In this document: in pieces, positions 52,522 to 62,786 of the stretch
Numbering within the stretch: position 1 is the first letter of the stretch
How the letters are laid out: every line of letters starts with the position of its first letter
Assembly (NCBI GenBank): GCA_965219415.1
Contig: CBDCNP010000002.1
Coordinates: 2,464,001 to 2,528,000, forward strand
From: Candidatus Marinacidobacterales bacterium
GTDB taxonomy: Bacteria; Acidobacteriota; Vicinamibacteria; Marinacidobacterales; DATDRI01
Direction: 5' to 3'
DNA length: 64,000 nucleotides
The notes under the pieces: generated by a model
What the model was told of the DNA's origin: nothing
What the model saw: only the letters and a program-made list of their open reading frames with translations
Databases searched by the model: none
Position numbers and translations under genes: made by a program

Positions 52522-54234
52522 TCACGGACTTCTATAGCCGGGGCCTCGAAGGACCTGGCCTGGCCGCTCGTCCGTAATTTTGCCGTCTTCGACCACGGGG
52601 CGTCCGTTCACGAGCACGTGACGAACGCCAACTGAGTAGCGATTGGGCTCCTCGAAGGTCGCGACGTCACGAATGGTCTCCGGGTCGAACACCGTGATGT
52701 CGGCGGCCATACCGGGACGGAGAATGCCCCTGTCCTGAAGCCTGACCCGCGTCGCTGGACGAGACGTCATCTTGCGAACGGCCTCCTCCAAGGTGAGGAG
52801 CTTCTCTTCGCGGACATATTTGCCCAAGATACGAGGAAACGTTCCCCAGGCGCGGGGATGTGATTTGCTCTCGGACAGGGGGCCGTCTTCCGCACGGGCC
52901 GCGGAGTCAGTGTTGATCGAAATCAGCGGGTGTTTCAGCGCGGCCCGCACGTCATCCTCCCGCATGATGGAAATGATGCACGAAGTAGCGCCATAGTCGG
53001 CGATAACGAGATTTATGAGCGCGTCGCGTGGATCCTTTCCCATCTCACGACCGATCTCGGCGAGCGTCATCCCCTCCCACTGGCGCAAGGCGGGGTCGCG
53101 CACCGAACTCACCAGCACTCCTTCAGCGCCCCCCGAGCCGTACCACTGGTTCTCCCAATCGGTAATGGAGGGATCCGCCATCTCGGCCTTGATCCGCGTG
53201 CGCAGCGCCGAGTCCGTCAAGCGTTCGATCATGTCGTCTGTTGTTCCTTCTCGAACCCACACGGGAAGGCATGCAGCGAGGGCGTTCGAGGCTCGATCGT
53301 AGGGGTATTGGTTGGCGCTGACGTCAAGTCCGCGGGCCCGTGCCGTTTCGAACTTCTCAAGCACCTCGGGCATCTTGCCCCAATTCGCCTTGTAGGCCGT
53401 TTTCAAGTGCCAGACCTCGGTCGGAATCTGAGCACGCTCGGCGATCGCGAAGACTTCGTCGAGGGACTCGAAGATGAGGTTCCCCTCTGAGCGTTGGTGG
53501 GTGATGTAGATGCCGCCATAGTCCGCCGCGACCTTGGCAAGCTCGACCAACTCGTCCGTCGAGGCAAAGCGGTTCGGAACGTACTGAAGCGAGCTGCTGA
53601 GCCCGAGCGCTCCGTCCTCCATCGCCTCGGCAACAAGCTTCTTCATCGCTTCGAGTTCCTCGAGGCTTGCGGGACGATCTTCTCGACCGACAACGTAGTC
53701 CCGCACGCCGCCTGAGCCGACGAAGGTGGCAATATTGATGGCAGCGAGAGAGCGGGTCTCGACCCGGTCAAAATACTCCGCCAAGGTACGGAAATCCTGT
53801 TCGACACCGAAATATCGGTAGCTTGCCGATGCAGCTTCCACCATGCGGTCATTCACCGGAGCAATGGAAGCCCCCTCTCCCGTAATTTCGGTTGTGATGC
53901 CCTGCATAATCTTGCTCGCGGCCCGACCATCCACGAGAATGTTGAATTCCGACTGACCCAACATGTCAATGAAGCCGGGCGCCACGACGAGTCCCCGCGC
54001 GTTGATGCGCTCGGCAGCGTTTGCTTCATCAAGGCGTCCCATAGCGACGATACGACCATCGGTAATCCCAACGTCTCCGAGGAACCAGGGAGCACCGGTA
54101 CCGTCAACGATGCGTCCTCCTGCGATGACAACATCGAACGACGGAGGCGTTTGGGAGCTTAGTGCCAAGAACTCCCAAAACGCGGCCACCAAAACCGTGA
54201 CAAACAAGAGCGCCTTGATATGGTTTGCGATCAT
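52522..54234 (-). CDS. N-acyl-D-amino-acid deacylase (D-aminoacylase), exported
   Basis: VDGTG, APGFID, YITHQR, WHLK, QYPY, TDS, HPRAWGTFPR, ADITVFDP. Confidence 0.9.
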   Translation of the reverse strand: MIANHIKALLFVTVLVAAFWEFLALSSQTPPSFDVVIAGGRIVDGTGAPWFLGDVGITDGRIVAMGRLDEANAAERINARGLVVAPGFIDMLGQSEFNILVDGRAASKIMQGITTEITGEGASIAPVNDRMVEAASASYRYFGVEQDFRTLAEYFDRVETRSLAAINIATFVGSGGVRDYVVGREDRPASLEELEAMKKLVAEAMEDGALGLSSSLQYVPNRFASTDELVELAKVAADYGGIYITHQRSEGNLIFESLDEVFAIAERAQIPTEVWHLKTAYKANWGKMPEVLEKFETARARGLDVSANQYPYDRASNALAACLPVWVREGTTDDMIERLTDSALRTRIKAEMADPSITDWENQWYGSGGAEGVLVSSVRDPALRQWEGMTLAEIGREMGKDPRDALINLVIADYGATSCIISIMREDDVRAALKHPLISINTDSAARAEDGPLSESKSHPRAWGTFPRILGKYVREEKLLTLEEAVRKMTSRPATRVRLQDRGILRPGMAADITVFDPETIRDVATFEEPNRYSVGVRHVLVNGRPVVEDGKITDERPGQVLRGPGYRSP

Positions 54235-54319
54235 GGGCGGATGCTAGCAGGTGGTGCTTCTGCCATCAAAGGCGGCTACGCCGCTAGAGGCATTTGAATG
54301 CCCAAGGGGAGCCATCCAA

Positions 54320-54564
54320 CCCCTGTATCCCGCGGCATCACCGAACGTTCGCTCTTGTGCTCGATATAGTCCAGTCTAATGATGGACTTCCGGGTGCGGA
54401 GGTCACTGCCCGTAGCTCGCCCCGCAGTCGATTTGAGCCAGCCGTGCGCGCCCCCGGTGGGCCTGTCGCTCGCCACCCGAAGCCCAGGGGTCGGCGGATT
54501 CCAAGGGCGTCTAAGCTGTTGATTTGTGGTCTATGTCAAAAAAGCCGAGTCCTGGCACAAGACG
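54320..54564 (+). repeat. Diverged duplicate of the DUF2924 upstream region and terminus (51945-52230)
   Basis: Colinear by eye: GCGGCATCACCG..CGTTCGCTCTT..AGTCCAGTC..GATTTGAGCCAGCC..GGATTCCAAGGGCGTCTAAGCTG. Confidence 0.8.
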
Positions 54565-54613
54565 CGGTGCTGTCGTCGTTTCGCCCTCGTTTCTGTGTTA
54601 CTTTCTTCCCGCC

Positions 54614-55892
54614 GTGCCGTTTCTCACCCTCGAAGACCCCAACGCTAAGATCAAGGGCTCACGCGACCCCCTGGGAGTCCAACCCATCTGGTCGGCGTTT
54701 GGCCGGCACGTCGTCACCAACCTCACGACGGTGAGCACGTCGGTTCGGGGGTTCACGACACTGCTGCTGGGGCGCTACTTCGCAGCCGATCTCGTTGACC
54801 GGGGGATGGCCACTCGGGAAGATGCCCTCGATGTGTTCCTACGAATGGAGCAGATCTGTGCCTATGCGCGGTATGTGGGTCACGGTGTTGATGACGACAT
54901 TCGAGGTATCGAGCGGGTCAAGCGCTTCGATGACGAGCAGCACGGGCGAGTGGACATCCAGGCCGACCGGAGGGGGATGATTCTTTCCGACCAGAAGACC
55001 TATGGACTTTGGGGGTTGTATTCGGTCTCAGCCAGACGGTCCGGACTGATCCCCGAGGGGCCCCTGGACCTGATTCCGGAAGCGCGGGAATTCGTCGAGC
55101 GGCACTATGTGAGCCACCTGAACGGCGCGGCTCGTCCGCTCCATCGGCTGTTGGCCACGGGCGGCACCTTGAACACCCGTGGCCGGGACGTGGTGTTCAC
55201 AGCCGTGGTGCAGATGATGAGCAGTGAACTGACGCCAGAAGAAGTCGCGTTCTACGCGCACTTCCTCCGCGACGGGCTCGCTGTCGAAGATGGGGAGCCA
55301 GGCCGCCAGCAGCGACTGCGGGAACTGCTCCAGGAGGTTGTCGACCTGGGACTGCCGACCGGCAGGGCCGAGGTGTTGCATCTGTCTCGTCGCGCGCGCG
55401 CGCTTTGACGAGGGCCTGGCGACCCGGTTGGAGCGAATCGCGCACCTGGAGGCTTTTCTCGCGCCGAGTGATGCATTGTTTCAGTACCTTCTGGCGCAGG
55501 ACGGCCAGGAACCAGAGCGTGTTGCGGATCGAATCGCGCGCCACTGGGGTGGCCAAGTCCCCAACTTGGACCGTGGCGCGTTTCAAGACTTGCGTGATGA
55601 GATCCGATCTATTGTCGGACAGGCGATGGCTCATCAGATGGATCGGTGTCATGTCGCGCTTCACGCGGGCGACTTCACAGAAGCAATATCGGCACTCCTT
55701 GACTGGAACCAGATCGTGATGAACGACCGGGGTGGTGCTCCGTGGTTGAGATATGGAGCCCAGGGACGGCTCGACGTTCGGTATCGTGGGAACGAGGAGT
55801 TGCTGCCCGCCAAGAGTGATCTACAAGAGCTCTGGAGCAACACGTACTTCATCGACGCGCTGAAGAACGTCACGAAGCAACTGGAGCCGTAG
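54614..55892 (+). pseudogene. DUF6361-like hypothetical protein, single frameshift at ~55400
   Basis: N-terminal GSRDPLG..IW..FG...V.NLTTV and TYGLWGLYS motifs; ORFs 54524-55408 and 55290-55892 join in frame with a 1-nt deletion. Confidence 0.6.
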
Positions 55893-55895
55893 AGA

Positions 55896-57962
55896 GTGGC
55901 GGTAAGCACCGTCCCGACGTCGGTTCTCTCACAACAGCTGAGCGACGCGACCCGCGGCCGGCGCGTTCGGTGTGCCGTGTTCACGACCTTCAGCTTCGAC
56001 CCCGCGTTTTTCGAGCTGCACGTCCTGCCGCTTTTGTTCGACCAATCCTTCAGCCAGCCTGACAAGGTTCGACGCATTCAGCTCGAGGACGCGCTTCGTG
56101 CGGTCGACAATGTGGCCGTCTACTACGACATGCGGGCCCTCGCGCAGGACGGTGGCCCGGCGCAGCTCGACTATCGCCGCATCGGGGTCAGTCGTGGGAC
56201 CGGCTACTTTCACCCGAAGGTCGTGTTCCTGCTCGTTGATGACTGGACAGAGGAGGACACGGGGGCCAGAGAGGGAACGTCAGTCTCTCAGGCTCTCGTT
56301 GTGGCGATTCTTTCGGCCAACCTGACAAGGTCCGGGTGGTGGGAGAACGTCGAGTGTGCGCACATGGAAGAACTCAAAGACAAGGATCGCAGCCATGAAC
56401 GCTCCGCGTTCAGGTCCGACCTCCTCTCGCTGATTCGGCGTATTCGGGAGAGCGCAGAGAGGGAGGACGACCACAGCGCACTCAGCCAGATTCGAGCATT
56501 CCTTCTGCACCGCGTGTCACGTGAGCGGACTCCGTTAGCGAAATTCAAAAGGGTCTTCTACACGAGGACGTTCTGTGGACAGAAGAGACAGAGCTTGGTC
56601 GAGTGGCTCTCGGAGAAGCGTCTCGACAGGCTGGGTCTCAACCTCGAAGTAATTTCACCGTTTTTTGACGATGGGGGTGCGGGTCCTCTCGAGAAGCTCA
56701 TCGAGACACTGAAGCTCCGTGAAACGCGCGTATTCCTTCCGACGAAGCCAGACGGAGCGGCCACGGTGACGCACGACACGTACGCCGCCGTAGGCGCGAT
56801 CGCGCGGTGGGCGAAACTGCCTCCAGAGGTTGTCAACCAGGGACGGACCGAGGCGGCGGGTAAGCGTCCGCCGCGACGTGTCCATGCGAAGGTCTATCGT
56901 CTGTGGCGGAAGGGTGGTCCAGATGTGCTCATCGTGGGATCCCCGAACCTCACGACGGCGGGGTTCAGCCATGCCGCCACAGGCAATCTCGAAGCCGCCT
57001 TCTTGGTTGACATTTCCGGCTCGGGTCATGCGCGGCGCTGGTGGATGGAACCACTCGACCGAGACGTTCAGCGGTTTGCGGGCACGGCGTCTTCGGAGCA
57101 AGACGGGCTCGATACTGTCGGACTCGACCTCAGTTTTCAGTACGACTGGAGAACAAGCGAGCTGTCGTATCGCCTCCGGACGGCCGGGGTGTATCGCTTC
57201 GAGGTGACCGATCCTTCCGGACGTGCACTTGTGGCAGTGACGCGGCCGTCGACGGACCAGTGGGTGACGTGTGATGCCGCCGTGAGCGACAAGGTCCAGG
57301 AGATGCTCCGCTCGACGAGCTTCCTGATCATCAAGCACGAGGACACGTCGTGGCGAGTGCTGGTCAGGGAAGAACACATGGCCCACCGTCCCTCACTGCT
57401 GCTCGAGATGACTCCCGAGGAGATCCTTGAGTACTGGTCGCTGCTGACCGCCGCTCAACGAGCGGACCTCATCGAGCGCCTGACGACCGCCGAGCTTGAA
57501 GGTCTGCCGACGGATCGACGTGCGGCGCTACGCGCCAGACACACCGTATTCGATCGGTTCAGCGGCGTCTATCACGCCTTCGGTTGCCTCCAGCGTCATG
57601 TCGAAGACGCGTTGGCTGACCACCGGGAGCGTGATGCCGAGGCGAGGCTGCTGGGCGCGAAATACGATTCGCTGCCATCACTGCGCCAGAAGACGCTCGA
57701 CGCCAAGGAGAGCGATCCGATCGTGCGCTACGTGACGTTTCTGTGTGCCAAGCAGGTTAGTGACCACTTCAGGTGCCAACATCAGAAATTCTTCTCATCC
57801 AGAAAACAACCCCTCGCTCATCTCGACGCCCTCCTGGACCACCTCGGCGACGTGCGGTCTGATCTGCCTCTCGATGTCGCTGGTGCCGACGGTGAGTTTA
57901 TCAAGTGGTATGAGGCGGCCTTTCTGAAGACGGTCACGCACGTGGGAATCGCGCCCCGATGA
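55896..57962 (+). CDS. Phospholipase D-family (two HxK motifs) putative nuclease
   Basis: FTTFSFDPAFFE, FHPKV...SANLT, ISPFFD, VHAKVY...GSPNLT...NLEA. Confidence 0.85.
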   Translation: MAVSTVPTSVLSQQLSDATRGRRVRCAVFTTFSFDPAFFELHVLPLLFDQSFSQPDKVRRIQLEDALRAVDNVAVYYDMRALAQDGGPAQLDYRRIGVSRGTGYFHPKVVFLLVDDWTEEDTGAREGTSVSQALVVAILSANLTRSGWWENVECAHMEELKDKDRSHERSAFRSDLLSLIRRIRESAEREDDHSALSQIRAFLLHRVSRERTPLAKFKRVFYTRTFCGQKRQSLVEWLSEKRLDRLGLNLEVISPFFDDGGAGPLEKLIETLKLRETRVFLPTKPDGAATVTHDTYAAVGAIARWAKLPPEVVNQGRTEAAGKRPPRRVHAKVYRLWRKGGPDVLIVGSPNLTTAGFSHAATGNLEAAFLVDISGSGHARRWWMEPLDRDVQRFAGTASSEQDGLDTVGLDLSFQYDWRTSELSYRLRTAGVYRFEVTDPSGRALVAVTRPSTDQWVTCDAAVSDKVQEMLRSTSFLIIKHEDTSWRVLVREEHMAHRPSLLLEMTPEEILEYWSLLTAAQRADLIERLTTAELEGLPTDRRAALRARHTVFDRFSGVYHAFGCLQRHVEDALADHRERDAEARLLGAKYDSLPSLRQKTLDAKESDPIVRYVTFLCAKQVSDHFRCQHQKFFSSRKQPLAHLDALLDHLGDVRSDLPLDVAGADGEFIKWYEAAFLKTVTHVGIAPR

Positions 57963-59360
57963 CCACCATCACCCGAGACTTCGTGGAGCAGCTGATCGAC
58001 TTCGCGCCAGGCGAGGACACGTCCCTCACGATGATCGCGCAGCAGCAGCTCGATGGGACGGTCGCGTTGTTCAACATGCTGCAGCGGAACCGTTGTGCCT
58101 ATCTGGCTGACGAGGTCGGGATGGGTAAGACCTACGTGGCCCTGGGCGTCATGTCCCTGATCCGCTACCTGAACCCGCAGGCTCGGATTGTCGTCATTGC
58201 GCCACGCGAGAACATCCAACGCAAGTGGATCAAGGAACTCAAGAACTTCGTGCGCGTCAACTGGAAGATCGTTGGCAACCGAGTCAAGTCACTTCAGGGT
58301 GACCCTGTATGGGAGCCGGTCTACTGCAACAACGTGATCGACTTTACGCAGGAGCGGCTGTTCAATGCCGACCGCGACTTTTTTCTCCGCATGACGAGCT
58401 TCAGCGTGGCACTCAAGCAGCCTGAGAATCGGCGAAGACTCCGCACGCTGCTGCGACGGCAGATGCCGTGGATTCCCGCCAGCGCTATACCGACCAAGAC
58501 CCCTGAGGGGTTTCGCGAGGCGTTCGGCGCCGCCTTGAATGCGGGTGTCCCGCGCGCGGACCTCCTGATCGTCGACGAGGGGCACAATCTGAAGCACGGC
58601 TTCAACCCCAAGGGCAGCATCCGCAACCGCCTCATGGGCCTCGCCTTCGGGCATCCCGACGGGCAGAGCCCCGAGCGAACGTGGTACAAGCCACGGGTCA
58701 GCCAATTGCTGCTGCTGTCTGCGACGCCATTTGAAGAGGATTACGCCGCCATCCAGCGGCAGCTGGCGATCTTCGGGTTCGGCGACGCCAAGCTGGCCGA
58801 TTCACACGGTCATCGCACGGTCTGTGTCGCCCGCCTCAGCCAACCCGACGTGTCTGAATCTGAGAAGCGGGACATCGTGGGCCAGCTCATGGTTCGCAGG
58901 GTGTCTGGCCTGTGCATCGGTGGTGAGCTGCATACCAAGAACATGTATCGGCGTGAATGGCGCCAGGGCGGTTACGCGAGCCACGACGACCCGATGCGCG
59001 TCGTCGATCCCAAACAGCGGCTCATCGTCGGTCTGATGCAGAAAAAAGTGGCGGAAGTGCTCAAGGACGAACGCTTTCAGGACAGCTTTCAGATCGGCAT
59101 GCTGTCTTCATTCGAGAGCTTTCTGGAATCGGTTGGCGGGCCGGCGACGACGGCAGGCTCTGCTCGACGACGGCGAACCGGAGTCCGTGTTTGACGGCGC
59201 CCAGGGTACGGATGACGATGAGAGGCGAGGCATCGACACGGAGGCGGTCGAGGATGTCGTGAGTTCCTACCGACGTCGGTTCGGTCAGTCATTGCCGCAT
59301 CCCAAGCTGGACACCACGGCCGACGCCTTCGCATCAGCATTCGAAAGCGGCGAGAAGACC
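57959..59360 (+). pseudogene. SNF2-like SF2 helicase; frameshift at ~59138 and truncated before the second RecA domain
   Basis: LADEVGMGKT, IVDEGHN, LLSATPF, MVRR; the shifted frame gives PHPKL...GEK, then a MITE begins. Confidence 0.85.
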
Positions 59361-59678
59361 CCGTCCTGTGCCAAAACTCGGCCCTTTTGAAAGACCATGG
59401 CTGTAATTTAATGCACCGTAAAGTCTTAGCGTCATTTTACCAACACTTAATGGCGGAAGCACCCATGAGATCTGTGTGAGCAGCAGGGCTGCCCGATCGA
59501 ACAACGGCTGCCTGACCAACAGTAGGATTTGCACATGGTACGTCATGATGGATCCGAAGATAACACCCTCGGGCCAGACGATTGTAAAGCCCACAGCCCT
59601 TGGCACCGTCGCAAAACACAGACGCTAAGCTGCTGATTTATCGGCTATTTCAAGAGGGCCGAGTTTTGGCACAGGACG
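59361..59678. mobile_element. ~320-bp MITE with CGTCCTGTGCCAAAACTCGGCCC TIRs and an internal IS1-MITE half
   Basis: Inverted termini at 59362-59392 and 59648-59678. Confidence 0.8.
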
Positions 59679-60076
59679 CGGTCCGTTGGGATGGCGTTTT
59701 CGGTGGGGGGTGCGAGAGAATAACGACGTGGTGGCACGCCGCGCTCCGCCTATCGCGGAGCGCCATTGGCCAAGTCACGACCAAGAGGAACGACGATGGA
59801 GCCTGATCAGAAGCCTGCTGCGTCGGGTCCGGTTGCAGCTCGCAGAGTTCTTCGGTGTCCACCCGGATACCGCGTCAGACTACGGGATCTGGTATCCTTA
59901 CAAGGGAACGGGTTGCTCGTCGGCTGTATCTGATTTTTGGTAACAGACGAAGTACATGAGGGATAAACACGGCGATCGTTTTGGAAGTTCTCAATCGAGA
60001 ATCAAGACTCCTGATGCCGGAAGAATTTCTCTCTAGTTGGAGGTTTGACTTTTTCGTCGGTTAGTTGGACCGGAAA

Positions 60077-60100
60077 GTGACGCATCTCATCATGCGTCAC
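60077..60100. promoter_or_regulatory. Perfect 9-bp inverted repeat upstream of the PII gene
   Basis: GTGACGCAT-N6-ATGCGTCAC, 30 bp before the ATG. Confidence 0.5.
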
Positions 60101-60130
60101 GGGGAAACCTATACCGAGAGGTGGTAAAAA

Positions 60131-60472
60131 ATGAAACTGCTCAAGGCCATTATTCGCCCAAGCAAAATCGACGACGTGAAGAAGGCGTTATTCGAGATTG
60201 GGGTCCAGGGCGTGAATATCAGCACGATCAAAGGCTACACCCGGGACGTGCGCAAGGAAGTCTACCTGACCACCGAGTACGAAATAGATATGGTCGATAT
60301 GACGTTGCTGCAAACCGTCATCGACGATGACGTAGCCCCAAAAGCCGTTGATGTCATCATCAAAACCGCTTCAACGGGCCATTTCGGGGATGGACGGGTT
60401 TTCCTTATCGACATCGCGTTTGCCGCAGATATCCGCACCGGCGACACTGGATCGGCTGCGATCAGCCGCTAA
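60131..60472 (+). CDS. glnB: P-II family nitrogen regulator, divergent
   Basis: MK...AIIRP.K.DDVK.AL...TG.FGDG.VF...IRTG; RBS GAGGTG. Confidence 0.85.
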   Translation: MKLLKAIIRPSKIDDVKKALFEIGVQGVNISTIKGYTRDVRKEVYLTTEYEIDMVDMTLLQTVIDDDVAPKAVDVIIKTASTGHFGDGRVFLIDIAFAADIRTGDTGSAAISR

Positions 60473-60569
60473 CTCCGGAAGGGGCTGACGGTCCGTCAGC
60501 TTGGGAACGCGCCGCGCGGGAAATTACAGGACTCGTAACGAATGCCGGGGAAAGAATGGCGCAACCAAA

Positions 60570-60710
60570 TTGAGATGAGCGACGGCGTTGACGTTGCGCA
60601 TAGTCTTTTACCTTCCGCTCCGACAGACAGAGGGATTCCTCGACTCGTTGTTGCGGCTGATGGAACTCGACCTGAAAGCACCGGACCACACCACGCTGTC
60701 GCGGTACCAG
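60570..60710 (+). pseudogene. IS5 (IS903-like) transposase fragment
   Basis: LTLRIVFYLPLRQTEGFLDSLLRLMELDLKAPDHTTLSR. Confidence 0.7.
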
Positions 60711-60995
60711 GCCAAGTACAGCTCTTGTTGCCCCTGTGCTTTAGGGTAGTGGTCTAGGTTGAAATCCCGTCCTGTGCCAAAACTCGGCCCTTTTGAAATA
60801 GGCCATAAATCAGCAACTTAGTGTCTGTGTTTGCGACCGGGCCCAAGGGCCGTGGGCTTTACAATCGTCTTGGGTGGGCGGGTCGTCACCATGCAGATGA
60901 CCACCTAGTCGAGAGCGAATATCGAAGCATGTTCCTGAAGCTGTTTCCACGCTACGCCGGTCGAGCCCGCCGAGGGGCTACCGTCGCCGGTGACC

Positions 60996-61490
60996 ATCTA
61001 CGCGGCACGGCAGTAGTAGTTGAGAATGCCCCCAAGTCGCTCTCGCGACACGATGGGGCCAGTGTCATTCGCGCTTGCCGGCAGAGGAGTGAGGAGCTCG
61101 TTGCCGAGACCTTGGTGGTTCCGTTCTGTGTGATAGTGCACTACGTATTCGGTTACCGCTGTGCGCAGGTGTCGCTCACTGAGAGGTACGAAGCGGTCGA
61201 GACACTCTCGACGTATGGAGAGAACGAATCTTTCCGCGTATGCGTTCAGATTCGGACTATTGGCGGGAAGGCGCAGGGTGTGCCTTCTATTTATTCATCC
61301 GGGCGCCCCAAACTTGATTAGTCTCCGGTCTGCCGGCACCATGCCTGCTTGATTTCGTCGTTTGTTCGCGCTCTCATCTCCGCCTTCAAGGCTCGTCGCG
61401 AGCTGGCTCTCGACAATGTCGCTCTTCGGCAGCAGCTCGCCGTCCTCCGCCGTTCGGTGAAACGGCCGCGGCTCTCGAACGTCGACCGCG
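60996..61490. pseudogene. rve-element remnants: C-terminus (minus), then left end and N-terminus (plus)
   Basis: Minus strand [15 protein letters not shown]; plus strand TGTGCCTTCTATTTATT end at 61279 followed by ELALDNVALRQQLAVLRR. Confidence 0.7.
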
Positions 61491-61794
61491 GTAGTCCCGG
61501 CACGCGTCCCCGGTGTGCTTGTTGTAGAGCGTGAAGGAGTAGTCCTCCGTGCAAGAGCGCACCAACTCCCAGGGGCATTCGGTCACATATAGCGTCTCCT
61601 CGGCTGTGGCGGGCGTGATGCCGAGCAGGGCCGCGAATTCATCCGGGCCCCCCAGGGCTTCCAAACGGGCGTGCTCATCATGGCCGGGATCGGAATGCTC
61701 CTCCCGTGCATCGAAGCGGTGCCCCCGTCAAGACCAAAGCCGTTGCCGGTGACCCTCGGCGGCAGCATGCCGTCCGGTAGTCATAACTCCTCCC

Positions 61795-61888
61795 CGTCCT
61801 GTGCCAAAACTCGGATCTTTCGAAATAGACCATAAATCAGCAGCTTAGCAAGTTCGGTGCGCGCGGATGAATAAATAGAAGGCACAGG
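61795..61888. mobile_element. ~90-bp mini-element joining the two TGTGCC-type ends
   Basis: CCTGTGCCAAAACTCGG...ATAAATAGAAGGCACAGG. Confidence 0.7.
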
Positions 61889-62786
61889 AGGGCCCGCTCG
61901 CAGAAGCTCTCGAACTTGTCCCGGATGATGATGGCGCAATTGACAGTACCGGTGCGGCGGTCGAGCTCCCGAGCTGGCTGACGATGGAGGGCTTGTTACC
62001 TCCGGTCGAAATGGGGTTATATATGTGGGAATTTAAAAGAAATGATATCAATAAACCGCCTATTATCAGTTATTTAAAGCATTTAAATGGCGGATGGTGC
62101 AGTTCGGAGCTATCCGGTCTCGGTAAAAGGTATTTATAGAGTTTTTCAAGTCTGAGGTGGCCCTTTTGCCGCGCGCGTGGTGGGGCAATGTAGCGAAAAC
62201 TCAGAGAAGCCCTGGTGCCCACGTCGTTCTATCCTATTGTCCTGCAGTGATTTAAAGCTATCCGTCACGTGCTGGTCCCCGCACGCCTCATCGACGGGTG
62301 GTCGTTCGAGCTTATTTGCGAATTGACAGTCAATCCGATTTTCTAGACGGCAATCTCAACCTCCTTGACGCCTGTAAGAGGACCGTGTTGTAAACCCTCC
62401 GACGGAGGCTCCGCTCGTAAATCATTGTAGTGAAAAGCTATTACGCCTCATCGATGGACGCGTCGTCGACGGGAACTCCTTTCCGACTATCGCAGTCGTA
62501 AGGCTCAAGTGGGGGCAAGTGGAGCTATTCGGCTCTTGGCAGCAAACAAGCAGTAACGGTGCAAAACAGGTCATAAAAATGCAATTGGAGGGCATTTCGG
62601 GGCTGAATCGAGCGTTAATCGCTCAGCTAATGGGAAAACGCCGTCGTGTCCAAAAACACAAACGAACTCAAGACCCGCACGCCGCCGATGTCATCATTAG
62701 TGAGGGGGGCGATGCCGTTCGCCGACTGATGGAGATCAAGAGCGAGCGTGGCCGCGGCCGCAGGTTGGCTTACAACGTGACCTGAC

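Noticed and set aside
62087-62125. tRNA-like GGCGGATGGTGCAGTTCGG sequence
   Set aside because: No T-arm GTTCRA at the proper distance, no acceptor stem and no CCA.
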